64,000 bases of DNA. Origin: Candidatus Latescibacterota bacterium (GTDB lineage Bacteria; Latescibacterota; UBA2968; UBA8231). Both the position numbers and the translations under genes were made by a program. The notes under the pieces are model-generated. The model saw only the letters and a list, made by a program, of their open reading frames with translations, was not told the DNA's origin and did no database searches. The stretch lies in assembly GCA_965261395.1 (NCBI GenBank), contig OZ253462.1:3712001-3776000 (forward strand), in the 5' to 3' direction. Shown here in pieces: positions 38,794 through 48,950 of the stretch (within the stretch, counting starts at the first letter, position 1; each line of letters opens with the position of its first letter).

Positions 38794-39882
38794 TCATGGT
38801 TTAACTTCTTTCCCGAAACAATACAGCATGCCGTCGGTGGCACCGATGACGAGCCGGTCGGCGGCGATGGCCGGCGAAGCCGCGATGGCCGCGCCTGTTT
38901 CAAAGCGCCAGACTTCGGCACCCGATGCGAGCGCGAGGGCGATGAGCGCACGGGCACCTACGTATATGTACTCGCCGGCGATGACCGGTGATGAATCCAC
39001 CCGCGCTCCTGCGGCAAAAGTCCACAAGGGTTGGCCGGTTTGCGGATCGAGGGCGTGTACGAGCTTGTCCCGACCGCCGATGACGACTGCTTGGTCGGTG
39101 ACGGCTGGCGACGAGTAAAACGGGAATTTTCGCACCGCGTGGGCGTAGCGCCAGCGGATTTCTCCTGTGTCTAAATCGACGCCTAGTACTTCGTTGCCAA
39201 AGGTGCCTAGGTACGCGCGGCCCGCGTGGATGGCGGCGCTGGAGGCTATGTAGCCGCCTAGTGCGAGTTGCTGGTGCTGCGTGCCGTCGGCGTGATCCAA
39301 GAGCCGCAAGTATCCGTCGCAACCGGCCACGGCGACGCGATTTTCGTACAGCGCCGGCGTACTGTGAATATATCCCTCTGTGGCGATTTTCCAAATCAGG
39401 GTCCCGGTGGTTGCGTCGAGGCAATACAGGTGCTGGTCATAGCTGCCGAAGTAGAGGCGGCCGTCGGTGTGGTTGGCCGAGGAGATGATGCCGGCGTCGG
39501 CAGCGAAAGTCCAGCGGCGCTGACCGCTCTGGGTGGCGACGGCGTGGAAGGTGCCGGCTTCGTCGCCGAAGTACACGGTGCTGTCGGCGACGGTGGGGGA
39601 GGACTTGATTTCGCCGCCGGCCTGGTACTGCCATACTAGCGCGCCGGTGTGCAAGTCGAGTGCGTAGAGTTGGCCGTCGAGCGAGCCGACGTACACCGTG
39701 CCCTCGTGAATGGCGGCGGTGGATTCGATGGCGTCCTCGGTGGAGTAGGCCCAAAGTAGCGTCAGGGGTGGAGCGAGATTGGAGGTGGCGACGCCGGTGA
39801 GTTGGGGATTGCCGCGGAAGGCGTTCCAGGTGTCGGCGGCGGCGGCGGATACTAGGAGGAGGGCTAGGAAGTAGAGTGGCAT
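38794..39882 (-). CDS. BamB/PQQ-like beta-propeller protein
   Basis: Signal peptide; regular SSP..VY.G..DG.L.ALD..TG...W repeats. Confidence 0.9.
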   Translation of the reverse strand: MPLYFLALLLVSAAAADTWNAFRGNPQLTGVATSNLAPPLTLLWAYSTEDAIESTAAIHEGTVYVGSLDGQLYALDLHTGALVWQYQAGGEIKSSPTVADSTVYFGDEAGTFHAVATQSGQRRWTFAADAGIISSANHTDGRLYFGSYDQHLYCLDATTGTLIWKIATEGYIHSTPALYENRVAVAGCDGYLRLLDHADGTQHQQLALGGYIASSAAIHAGRAYLGTFGNEVLGVDLDTGEIRWRYAHAVRKFPFYSSPAVTDQAVVIGGRDKLVHALDPQTGQPLWTFAAGARVDSSPVIAGEYIYVGARALIALALASGAEVWRFETGAAIAASPAIAADRLVIGATDGMLYCFGKEVKP

Positions 39883-40015
39883 ATTTTGTTGGTTGAGGGG
39901 TTATGGACGAATTTAAATAAAAGAAGGTAGGAAAATTTTGCTAATTTGGTGGAAGACACCAGCCTTGACCGAGTGTGTTGTAAATATGTGTATATAGACG
40001 TGGATAGAGACTGCA

Positions 40016-41056
40016 ATGTCGGATAAGGGAGGCCCAGTGCTGGCGATTCTCCGGCCCATAGCCCAGATAATCGAATATTACCCTCGGGGTGGCCATATCA
40101 GCGTGGGCACCGTGGCACTTGCGTTCCAGGCTGCCGAGCAGGCACGATCTGGGTTTTCCCACCTGTTCCGCAATCTTGGGCTGTTCTACGAGCATACGAT
40201 CTTCGCCGGGATTCTCTTCCGGTTCCTCGACCTCGACCCCCGCTCAGTTGAAGGGGCACTGGCACCGCCCCCCGCGTCGCCTGTACCAGTCCCCGACCGT
40301 CTAACCCAAGGCATTGAGTTTCGCAACGTCTCCTTCCGCTATCCAGGCTCCGACAAGTATGTGTTAAAGAACGTCTCTTTTACGATCAGGGTGCGCGAAT
40401 CGGTAGCCGTTGTCGGGGAGAACGGAGCGGGTAAGACGACCGTCGTCAAGCTTTTGGCACGGTTCTACGACCCCACGGAAGGCGCTATTTATTTGGAGGG
40501 ACGAGATCTTCGGGAATACGATCTGGCCGATCTACGTCGCCAAATTGGGGTGATTTTCCAGGATTTTGTTCGCTATGATCTCTCAGCCAAGGAGAACGTC
40601 GGCTTTGGTCAAGTGGACCTGTTGGGCGATGCGGACCGGATTGAACGCGCGGCATATGAGGGCGGTGCCTCGGACCTCATCAAGGGCCTGCCGAAGGGAT
40701 ACGACACAATCCTGGGAAAGGAATTCGACGGGGGTGTTGATCTGTCTGGGGGAGAGTGGCAGAAGATCGCGCTGAGTCGCGCGTTCATGTAAGAAGCTGA
40801 GGTCCTCATCTTGGACGAGCCCACAGCCGCCCTCGATGCGTTCGCTGAACGCGATGTTTTCTCGCGCTTCGCCGAACTCACGTCAGACCGCACGGCTATC
40901 TTCATCTCCCACCGGTTCTCCACCGTGCGCATGGCTGATCACATCCTCGTTCTACAGCAGGGAGGGCTTGTCGAGCAGGGGAGTCATGAGCAACTCTTGG
41001 CCCAGAACGACAGGTACGCGCAGATGTTCAATACGCAAGCGAAGCAGTATCGGTAG
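40016..41056 (+). pseudogene. ABC exporter fragment (5'-truncated, internal stop)
   Basis: GENGAGKTT and LSGGEWQKIALSRAFM, then TAA (40790-40792), then in-frame EAEVLILDEP; most of the TM domain is missing. Confidence 0.85.
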
Positions 41057-41079
41057 GGGCGACCTCTCACAAGTATCGT

Positions 41080-41259
41080 ATGGAAGCAGAAATGTTTGAT
41101 CAGATACAAAGTTTGCTTTACGACGACACTCCGCTAACATACGATGAAGTGCGAAACCTGCTCGTCAGAGCGGGTATACGTGCCGGATGGAACGATGCGG
41201 AGATGGACATTTACAATGAACTTGATCCACGGAGAGACCATGAAGGTCCGACGGGATAG
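41080..41259 (+). CDS. Small antitoxin-like ORF (59 aa) followed by a toxin start remnant
   Basis: Contains GWNDAEMDIYNELDPR; an overlapping ATG at 41240 reads MKVRR (PemK/MazF-like start) and then stops. Confidence 0.45.
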   Translation: MEAEMFDQIQSLLYDDTPLTYDEVRNLLVRAGIRAGWNDAEMDIYNELDPRRDHEGPTG

Positions 41260-41281
41260 CAGATAGAAGACCGTATCTAGG

Positions 41282-41521
41282 TCATTCCTGTCTGTAAGCC
41301 TCCAGAAAATCAGCTCTGGGAATGCCCGATTGGGTGCAGATTCGGCGCAACGTTGCGACTTTGATACGACGATGGTTGGGCATAGTCAACGGAGTTTGGC
41401 TTCCATCAGAATTTTCCCGCACCATTGAAATATGATTTCCTTCGCGAACCACGCGGAAGCCCAATTTTTCTAATGTTCTGATTACATTGGTTTTGGGCGC
41501 ATCTACAGGAAAACGGTCCAC
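41282..41521 (-). CDS. hicA: HicA toxin
   Basis: LEKLGFRVVREGNHISM..MPNH..TLRRICTQSGI. Confidence 0.88.
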   Translation of the reverse strand: MDRFPVDAPKTNVIRTLEKLGFRVVREGNHISMVRENSDGSQTPLTMPNHRRIKVATLRRICTQSGIPRADFLEAYRQE

Positions 41522-41742
41522 TAGACCGCACTCGATTCTGAGATGAATACATCCAAGAGGGCGTCTTCCACCTCAAGCACTTCAGGCCCAAATGTCTCAA
41601 TGTGAAACTTAATGGCAGAGTTCATGTCAGCGACAGCTTGTTCATAGGTATCACCTTCACCTACGACAACGCCTTTTATACCGAGTGGATAGGCTACATA
41701 ACCATCCGCGTACTTTTCTACGATAATTTTAAAAGATTGCAT
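41521..41742 (-). CDS. hicB: HicB-like antitoxin (short, upstream of hicA)
   Basis: IIVEK..DGYVAYP..VVGEGDTYEQAV..AIKFHIE. Confidence 0.88.
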   Translation of the reverse strand: MQSFKIIVEKYADGYVAYPLGIKGVVVGEGDTYEQAVADMNSAIKFHIETFGPEVLEVEDALLDVFISESSAV

Positions 41743-41814
41743 TTGAATGGTTCCCCTGCTTTTTGAGTTTTATAATAAAAATCCTCTAGGCATTGTCAAT
41801 TGGTCCCTCCCCCA

Positions 41815-42942
41815 TCAAAACGCCGTCTCGTAAAGCCGCAGGAAGTCCGCTTTTTGCAAGGGAAGCGGGTTGAAGGTGCCGGTCCATTGGCCAGCGGCTT
41901 CTTGGGCCATGGCGGGTAGATCGCTTGCGGCGACCTGACAATCGGCGAGTCGGCGCGGTAGCTCCGCCATAGAGCACAGTTCTTCGAGATGGGTGGCGAG
42001 CGCGAGTGCGCTGCCGTTGAGTTGGATATCCGCGCAAAGTTCGCCGTATAGATCGTCCACTGCTTGGCTATTCAAGCGGATCACGTGCGGCAGCATCAGG
42101 GCCACGGCGCGACCGTGGGTGAGTGGATAGCGGGCGGTGAGGGAGTTGGCGGTGGCGTGGGCGGCGCCGAGCATGGAGTTTTCGATGGCAGTACCGGCTA
42201 GGTGGGCACCTAAGAGCATGGCGGCGGCGGCGTTTTGGGGATCGGCGACGGCTGCCTCGTAGTGGGGCGCTAGCTGCCGCCAGGCTTGGCGGGCGAACAT
42301 TTGCGAGAGGGGCGTGCGGCGGGTGGAGACGTAGCTTTCGACGGCGTGGGCGAGGGCGTCGATACCGGCGTCGGCGCGGACGCGCTGGGGGGCGCTGGCC
42401 AGCAGATTGGGGTCGAGGATGGCGATGTGGAAGCGCGCTTTGCGGTCGCCGCAGGCCATTTTGGCATTCGTGTCGGCGCAGGTAATCAGGGCGTAGGATT
42501 GGGCCTCGCTGCCCGTTCCGGCTGTGGTGGGGATACCGATGGAGGGCAGCATGGGCTGGGTGGCTTTGCCGTAGCCTTGGTAGTCCTGCATCTGACCGTC
42601 GTTGGTGAGCAGGAAATTGATGCCCTTGGCGCAGTCCATAGCGCTACCGCCGCCCAAGGCGACGATCAGGTTGATGGGGCCGTGGGAGCGGGCGTGGTGG
42701 ACGCCAGCGGCTACGTGTTCGGTCGTGGGGTTTTCCTCTATGGCGGAAAAAGTAGTCGTCGCTAGGCCGGCGTTTTGTAGCGCGTGCTGAGCCTGTTCGG
42801 CGAGGTCGGCTTGGACGAGGCCGGGATCGGTTACGAGCAGGGCGCGGGGGCCGGCCAATGCGCTGGCGAGGTCGCCTAGCTGGTCGAGGGTTCCGGCTCC
42901 AAAGACTACGCGGATGGACGGATCGAAGTCGAAGGGGATCAT
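41815..42942 (-). CDS. Iron-containing alcohol dehydrogenase
   Basis: ATG 42942; LGGGSAMDCAKG, PTTAGTGSE, DALAHAVES, AAH and HG. Confidence 0.93.
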   Translation of the reverse strand: MIPFDFDPSIRVVFGAGTLDQLGDLASALAGPRALLVTDPGLVQADLAEQAQHALQNAGLATTTFSAIEENPTTEHVAAGVHHARSHGPINLIVALGGGSAMDCAKGINFLLTNDGQMQDYQGYGKATQPMLPSIGIPTTAGTGSEAQSYALITCADTNAKMACGDRKARFHIAILDPNLLASAPQRVRADAGIDALAHAVESYVSTRRTPLSQMFARQAWRQLAPHYEAAVADPQNAAAAMLLGAHLAGTAIENSMLGAAHATANSLTARYPLTHGRAVALMLPHVIRLNSQAVDDLYGELCADIQLNGSALALATHLEELCSMAELPRRLADCQVAASDLPAMAQEAAGQWTGTFNPLPLQKADFLRLYETAF

Positions 42943-44336
42943 CCGGCTCTGCGCTGCAAGGCGCGTTGCTGGTAGAGGAAGTCGAAGAGGTTGCCTTCGT
43001 GCGGCTGGTCCCAAGCGATTTGGTGAGTGGGGATCGGGCCGAGGTTGAGGCGTTCGATGTGGGACGCGGCGAGCAGTTGGCGCGTTAGGCTCTCGTCCTC
43101 GGTGAGGGCGGTGGCTACCAGTGTCGGGCCGATGCGCGTGACTACTTCTTCTTGCGGGACTTCGACGACCGAGGCAAAGGGGAAGAGATATTCGGTGTTG
43201 GCGAGCGGATGTTGCCAGTCGGAGGCGTGGATCAAGGTTGGGTTGAGGAAGGTGCAGCCGCCGATCTCGGCGATGCGTTCGCCTTGGCCCCTGGCCGTGT
43301 CTTGGGCTGCGTCGCCGAGTTGGGCGTCGATTAGGGCTGAGAGTTGGCGCGCTCCTGCGGGGTTGGGGAAGGCGGCGATTTGGGCTTGGGGGTCGTCGAG
43401 GGGGCGGGCCTGGATTTGGCTCAGGCGCTCGCCGAGGGCGGCGGCGATTTCGCGGCCATGGGCAGGCACCCAGATGCCGGAGGCGTTGAGGCAGGAGCGG
43501 CCCCCATTGGCGGCGATGGAGGCGACCATGAGGTCGAGGTAATGCTCCCACTGGTCGATTTTGTCCGCGCCGATGATGATCTTGCTGCGCCCTGGTCCGT
43601 GTAGCTGGACGCGGGGGTCGCCGCGCCAAGGGGCAACGGTAGCGCCACCGCCAAACAGCAGCGAGCGACCGCAGCGGAGCAGGATTTCGGAACTGCCGCT
43701 GTGGTCGGTCGGGTAGTAGCTCAGGGCGTGGGGTGGACAGCCGGCCGCGATCAGGGATTGGGCGATGCGGTAAGGCGTCCACGGTTCTTCGCGGCCTGGC
43801 TTGAGCACCAGCGGGATCTTGAGCGGGATGGCCGGTAGCCACAGTGCGTGGACGCCGGGCGAGTTGCTGGGCAGGATGCAGCCGAGGGCGTGGGCGTGGG
43901 GCACGAAGTGGAGCGGACTTGGGCCGTCGTCGAGGATGGTCAGGTCCAAGCCTCGGGCTAGGCCGCTGAGCACGGCGGGCATTTCGACGCCGACGCGGTG
44001 GATTTTGTCCATGTTGGCGCGGGCCAGCGACTGCGGCAGGCCGGTGGTGGCTGAGACTTGGGCGACGTAGTCGTCTGGGGTTTGACCGTCGTCCCCTAAA
44101 GGCAGTTCGGCGTGCAAGAAGAGGTCGGCGGCTCGTTGGCAGATGGCGACCAATTCGGCGACGGTGAGGGCTTGCAGTGCCTGGCGGTTGCGTTCTTGGT
44201 CGGCTAAGTCGCGGGCGATCAAGCCACGGTTGGCTTGGCTGACTTGGGCCAGCGGTTGGCCGGTGGCGATGTGGGCGACGGCGAGGCGGTCGAGGCTGGT
44301 GTAGGGCTGGCCGGCGCGGAGGAGCGGTAGGTACAT
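42939..44336 (-). CDS. Atypical aldehyde dehydrogenase / acyl reductase (EhpG-like)
   Basis: LPSNSPG, LKPG.EEP, LHGPGRSK (in place of ELGG), GGRSC and EYLFPF. Confidence 0.82.
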   Translation of the reverse strand: MYLPLLRAGQPYTSLDRLAVAHIATGQPLAQVSQANRGLIARDLADQERNRQALQALTVAELVAICQRAADLFLHAELPLGDDGQTPDDYVAQVSATTGLPQSLARANMDKIHRVGVEMPAVLSGLARGLDLTILDDGPSPLHFVPHAHALGCILPSNSPGVHALWLPAIPLKIPLVLKPGREEPWTPYRIAQSLIAAGCPPHALSYYPTDHSGSSEILLRCGRSLLFGGGATVAPWRGDPRVQLHGPGRSKIIIGADKIDQWEHYLDLMVASIAANGGRSCLNASGIWVPAHGREIAAALGERLSQIQARPLDDPQAQIAAFPNPAGARQLSALIDAQLGDAAQDTARGQGERIAEIGGCTFLNPTLIHASDWQHPLANTEYLFPFASVVEVPQEEVVTRIGPTLVATALTEDESLTRQLLAASHIERLNLGPIPTHQIAWDQPHEGNLFDFLYQQRALQRRAG

Positions 44337-44381
44337 GAGTTTGGATTTCGGTTTGGAGTTGGAGTAAGCCTTTACGATCTA

Positions 44382-44448
44382 TAATCTATAATCTGCAATA
44401 GTTTGGGACGTCGGAAAAGGCGTCGTCTTCAGGAAGAAGATTTCAAAA
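44382..44448 (+). repeat. 67-bp direct repeat, copy A (island left junction)
   Basis: Matches copy B (48262-48320 plus 50404-50411) at 57/67 positions by hand alignment. Confidence 0.85.
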
Positions 44449-46593
44449 ATGTTTAATCTGCGTCTCAGTTTATTCGTCTTGGCTGCCATCTGTATTGTGA
44501 ATCAATTATCGCTGGGGTTTCTAGACCGTGCGGTTGCACAGGATGATTCTGACAGGATTTATCAACTTGAAGAAACTGTCGTCACCGCGGAACGGATGGA
44601 AAACTCGCTTTTTGAATCTACCGCTGCTGTGTCGGTGCGTACCAGCGCTGAGCTGGAGTTCCTGCCACTAAAAAATCTCGCCGATGCGCTGGAAACTTTG
44701 CCGGGAATTTCGTTTTTGCACCGCGATGGGTTGGGGCGCGATCCGTTGGCAACGCTGCGCGGTTTTTACGGTGGTGGAGAAGCGGAGTATCTGCTTGTTA
44801 TGATCGATGGAAGGCCGATCAATGAGCTTGAGAAAGGGTTGATGAATTGGAATGCCATTCCGCTTGCAAGTATTAGCTCAATTGAATTTCTGCGCGGGGG
44901 CGCGTCTTCGCTGTACGGCGATGCTGCGATTGGTGGCGTTGTCAACGTGATCACCGCTGGCGATCATGCACCTCTAACGCAGATTTCAGTAACTGGTGGC
45001 AACTTTGGGGCACTGGGCGGACAGGCGCGAACAAGCGGTCTTTGGAATGGGCGCGAGTATGTGGCATTCGGATCGGGGGAGCGGCACATTGGGTTCCGAG
45101 AACATGCTGACCGCGCGGCAGAAAATCTTGGGGGTTCCTTTGCGCTGCTGCAAAAACCCAACGGTTCGCTTTCGGTTTCAACAACGCATCACTTCCAGCA
45201 ATTTGATGAACCCGGCCCGTTGACTGGCGCTGAGTTAGACAACTCCCGCTCCCAATCGACACCGTTCTACAAGTTTGACCATACTACCGACCGAACGCAT
45301 CGGGCGGCGATAACAGGTGATTATAATCTTCGCGATAGGGCCAAATTCTCCGGCGCGGTTGCCGGCGAGATTCGCGATTCCGATGCGGTCAGGACCCTGC
45401 AACTGAGCCCCGAATTTGCCGATACCAAGAATCGTTTACTTACGGTCTCGCGCCTCACGAGTTCGCTGCAACTGACGTTCGACCAACTAGGGCTTCTTTA
45501 CAAAGATCGCCTCAGTCTTGGCATGGACGCGGGCGTGCATTCGCTCTCGTCCGAGTATTATCAGTTCCTCCTTGGCGGACTGACTGACTATAGTGAGATG
45601 AATTCCGTTGCGCGCGGTGCATTGGCGGAAAAGGGCGCTAGCGCTCGACGCTCGGCCGCTGGGTTCCTGCAGTACGAACTTACGCCGATTCAAACACTGC
45701 GCGTCATCTTGGGAGTCCGCGCCGATATGATTCGCGATCGGTTTAGCCCTAGATCGCCGAGTGAAGGGGAGGAACAATCAACAACTCACTCGGAGTTGAG
45801 TCCAAAAGCGGGAGCGAATTTCCGTTATGTAAAAACGGAGCGGCATATCGGCAACCTGTACGCCAACGTTGCGCGATCGTTCAAAGCTCCAACACTGGAT
45901 CAGCTCTATGACCAGCGTTCAATCATCTTTCAAGTCCCGCCAGATCCCCCGTTCAAAGTTTTGCTTTCAAGCAGTGACCTAAATCCACAGTTTGGGACAT
46001 CTATCGAGGTGGGAGGTTATCATCGTGCGGTGCTGTCCCCCAACCTCTACGGCGAATTTTCGCTCGCAGCATATACCATGGACATGCAGGATGAGTTGGA
46101 TTTTGACCTTCAGCAGCTCAAGTACGTGAATATAGGCAAAAGCCGCCATCAGGGGGTTGAAACGGGTCTCAGGGTTACGATGAAGCAGAACCTGAATTTG
46201 TTTCTCAACTACACCCACCAAGCCGCTAAATCTCGAATTGGCGAGTATGCAGGCAAATTCTTGAAGGCAATCCCACGTGATGTGATCTACGGCGGCGTCA
46301 ACGCTGCCCATAAATCCGGCTTGGGTGGGAGTATCGTCATTAAATCGTCGAACCGCATTTTTCTGGATGACGCGAATGCGATTACACTGCCTAATTATAG
46401 CACTGTGGATGTTCGGCTCAAATATAAAGTGGGTCTAGTCGTCGCTACATTTGACGTATTCAATATCTTTGGTCAATCCTACAGTACAACGGGATATCCC
46501 GACGCATCGGGAAGTGGACATACCTACTTCTACCCAGCCGCTGGGCGACGTGCACGCTTCGGTTTTCAACTTCAGCATTGGAGAAAAAAATGA
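44449..46593 (+). CDS. TonB-dependent receptor (island passenger)
   Basis: Signal peptide; ETVVTA; IEFLRGGASSLYGDAAIGGVVNVIT; codon usage differs from the backbone. Confidence 0.9.
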   Translation: MFNLRLSLFVLAAICIVNQLSLGFLDRAVAQDDSDRIYQLEETVVTAERMENSLFESTAAVSVRTSAELEFLPLKNLADALETLPGISFLHRDGLGRDPLATLRGFYGGGEAEYLLVMIDGRPINELEKGLMNWNAIPLASISSIEFLRGGASSLYGDAAIGGVVNVITAGDHAPLTQISVTGGNFGALGGQARTSGLWNGREYVAFGSGERHIGFREHADRAAENLGGSFALLQKPNGSLSVSTTHHFQQFDEPGPLTGAELDNSRSQSTPFYKFDHTTDRTHRAAITGDYNLRDRAKFSGAVAGEIRDSDAVRTLQLSPEFADTKNRLLTVSRLTSSLQLTFDQLGLLYKDRLSLGMDAGVHSLSSEYYQFLLGGLTDYSEMNSVARGALAEKGASARRSAAGFLQYELTPIQTLRVILGVRADMIRDRFSPRSPSEGEEQSTTHSELSPKAGANFRYVKTERHIGNLYANVARSFKAPTLDQLYDQRSIIFQVPPDPPFKVLLSSSDLNPQFGTSIEVGGYHRAVLSPNLYGEFSLAAYTMDMQDELDFDLQQLKYVNIGKSRHQGVETGLRVTMKQNLNLFLNYTHQAAKSRIGEYAGKFLKAIPRDVIYGGVNAAHKSGLGGSIVIKSSNRIFLDDANAITLPNYSTVDVRLKYKVGLVVATFDVFNIFGQSYSTTGYPDASGSGHTYFYPAAGRRARFGFQLQHWRKK

Positions 46594-46820
46594 GTAGATG
46601 AAGGCTGGTCTAGTACTGATTTTCCTGAAGGCGTTGATGAGTTGCATTTTGAATGCGCCGGTGTTATCACAGAGACTGAGTTGCTAAAGTATCTGTTCGG
46701 GTTGTTCTGTCTGATTTTAGAGCGCCTGGTTCAAATAGATTCGGCGTATGAGGACGATCCACAAATCACATTGAAATAGTCGCTGCCGAAGAGATCGGTA
46801 GGCGCAGTTGAGAAACGTGC

Positions 46821-47099
46821 CTACCGCGATTTGTCGATGACGGCTAAGTGCTCCTGCCAATCCGGTTCCCGTTCGGGGCCTTCCAACGCGTCGCAGGCGC
46901 GGAAGAACTCTTCGAGGTCGGCTGGGGATTCGAAGGGGTGGGATCGCTGCTGCTCTTCGAGCCGTTGGTGGGCGGCGGCCCTGAGCCACGCGCCCAAGGT
47001 CATGCCTTCGCTCCGCGCCTGACGGACGAAGCGATCACGGTCCTCGTCGGAAATCACTAACTGAACTCTGGCCACCTTCACATAGTCCTTTCTAGGCAT
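46821..47099 (-). CDS. Orphan ribbon-helix-helix antitoxin-like protein
   Basis: ARVQLVISDEDRDRFVRQARSEGMTLGAWLR; alternative GTG start at 47075; no downstream toxin seen. Confidence 0.6.
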   Translation of the reverse strand: MPRKDYVKVARVQLVISDEDRDRFVRQARSEGMTLGAWLRAAAHQRLEEQQRSHPFESPADLEEFFRACDALEGPEREPDWQEHLAVIDKSR

Positions 47100-47123
47100 G
47101 TGTATAGACGATATACATGCCTA
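47093..47123. promoter_or_regulatory. Inverted repeat, likely autoregulatory operator
   Basis: TAGGCATGTGTAT-N5-ATATACATGCCTA (12/13 match). Confidence 0.55.
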
Positions 47124-47330
47124 TGCTGGAGATCAACCTTATCGGGTGGAGAATGCAGCCAGAACATCAGATACATTTCCTCGCTGTTGAAGGATTTGTG
47201 ATTTGCCCGCCTTGATGGATGATATGTGCGCTTGATGGTCTTGTTGCGAGAATTCGTCCGTTCCATTATATATTGTATAGATAAAAATTCACATAAAACG
47301 CGATTTTTTGCAGTTTTACTATATATCGCT

Positions 47331-48137
47331 ATGAGCTCAAAGATCGCCATACCTAAGGGACGCCGCAGGCTGACCGACGTTATTCGGGCATCCGGCGACA
47401 TCATTCATATCGCCGATGCTGAAGATGCCCTTGGCGTTAGCCGTTCCGACGCGACCAAGCTACTCTCCCGTTGGAGAGGGCAGGGCTGGCTGCGGCGCGT
47501 CGGCCCAGGTGCCTACGCACCAGTTGGCCTTGACTCCCTTGCCAGCGAGCAGGTTCTCGATGATCCCTGGGTGCTGGTGCCTGCGCTTTTTGAGCCGGCC
47601 TATATTGGCGGTCGGACTGCCGCCGAACATTGGGACCTGACGGAGCAGATCTTCCGCGACATTGTTGTGATGACTGCGCGGGCGGTGCGTGCGAAAAGCC
47701 AGCAATGCCATGGCGCACACTTCACCCTAAAGCATGTCCGGCAAGGTATGATCTTCGGGACGAAGACCGTCTGGCGTGGAAGAACCCAGATCGCCGTATC
47801 GGACGTTCACCGCACCATCATCGACATGCTCGACAATCCAGATCTTGGAGCTGGCATCCAGCATGTTGCCGACTGCCTTGCGATCTATTTCGACCGCAAG
47901 GACAGGGATGATGACAAGCTGATTGCCTATGCAGACCGGATCGGTAATGGTGCTGTATTCAAGCGTCTAGGCTTTCTGGCAGAACGCGGACCCGGCACTA
48001 CCACCCTTGTTGAGGCGTGCCGTGCGCGTCTGACCCAAGGCAACGCCAAGCTCGACCCGGGGCTTTCATGCCGCCGTCTCGTATCCCGATGGCGCCTCCT
48101 TATGCCTGAGAGCTGGGCCAAGGCAGCGTCCGCATGA
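47331..48137 (+). CDS. abiEi: AbiEi-family type IV antitoxin
   Basis: N-terminal wHTH (GWLRRVGPGAY), YIGGRTAAEHWDLTEQ, VSDVHRTIID and KRLGFL. Confidence 0.85.
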   Translation: MSSKIAIPKGRRRLTDVIRASGDIIHIADAEDALGVSRSDATKLLSRWRGQGWLRRVGPGAYAPVGLDSLASEQVLDDPWVLVPALFEPAYIGGRTAAEHWDLTEQIFRDIVVMTARAVRAKSQQCHGAHFTLKHVRQGMIFGTKTVWRGRTQIAVSDVHRTIIDMLDNPDLGAGIQHVADCLAIYFDRKDRDDDKLIAYADRIGNGAVFKRLGFLAERGPGTTTLVEACRARLTQGNAKLDPGLSCRRLVSRWRLLMPESWAKAASA

Positions 48138-48263
48138 TCGACCGCCGCTACTGAATTGACCGCATCTAGGGCGCGCAGACAACCGGGCAAAGTTTCATCC
48201 CGCGCTATACAGTGGAGCTGAGCCCGGAGGGCCTAGCCGTCATTCTGCCGACTACAACCCGTA
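48134..48263 (+). pseudogene. AbiEii toxin remnant (start fused to degraded C-terminus)
   Basis: Coupled ATG reading MIDRR, then Y*IDRI*GAQTTGQSFIPRYTVELSPEG. Confidence 0.6.
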
Positions 48264-48320
48264 ATCTATAATCTGTAATAGTTTGGGGTGTAGGAGAAAA
48301 CATCGTCTTTAGGAAGAAGG
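48262..48320 (+). repeat. 67-bp direct repeat, copy B (split by IS4; remainder at 50404-50411)
   Basis: TAATCTATAATCTGTAATAGTTTGGG..TCGTCTTTAGGAAGAAGG. Confidence 0.85.
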
Positions 48321-48950
48321 CTAAGTACACGACAGTAAAATCTGTACGGCCTCTCGACTTTCTTTAGATCGGTGTTCCGGATTGGCTATGAGTTGCTGTA
48401 ACCGATCTAAGCCCAGACGAAATAGGCTGATGGCTCGTCGGCCATGCTTTTTCTTGACAATGGGCTTGCGCCTATGCCCTTGCAGTCCAAGGAGCAGACA
48501 CCATAGGAGCCCTACCGCGAGTAGACCGATTAAAAGGTGCAGTCTTGGGGGCTGGGTCAATCGGGTTTCTTCCAAGTGGAAGCCTTTGGATTTGAGAAAC
48601 CCAAACGCGGTTTCTATAGACCAGCGATGCCCATAGGCGATCACGATGTTGTCGAGATCGGATCGATTGGTCACCAGTAACCGCGGCTCGTCTTTGTGGG
48701 GGCGATGGGCGACGAGATTCAAGCGCAGCGATTGGTAGAGCGTGACATTGTAAAACGTGCAGGTCGTCCCTCGTTTCCAATAGCGGGTCATCGACGCTAG
48801 GTAGCGCAGTTGCCCATCGTCGAGGGTGACCCAGCCGTTGCAGCGAATACGGATAACAAAAGAAACGTCGCGTTGCCGCAGCAGAAAGCGAAACCAGTCT
48901 TTGCCAATGAATTCTCGGTCGGCTAATAGACAACAGGTCGAGCCTTTTAA

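Noticed and set aside
40790-40792. Stop-codon readthrough or recoding in the ABC gene
   Set aside because: It is a TAA in a gene that is already 5'-truncated; a pseudogene is the simpler explanation.
41815-43842. 675-aa ORF suggesting a fused dehydrogenase
   Set aside because: The N-terminal 300 aa is an off-frame reading of the ALDH gene and the real start is 42942. Similar false extensions affect ORFs ending at 6047, 17286, 21217, 30270, 33676 and 37422.
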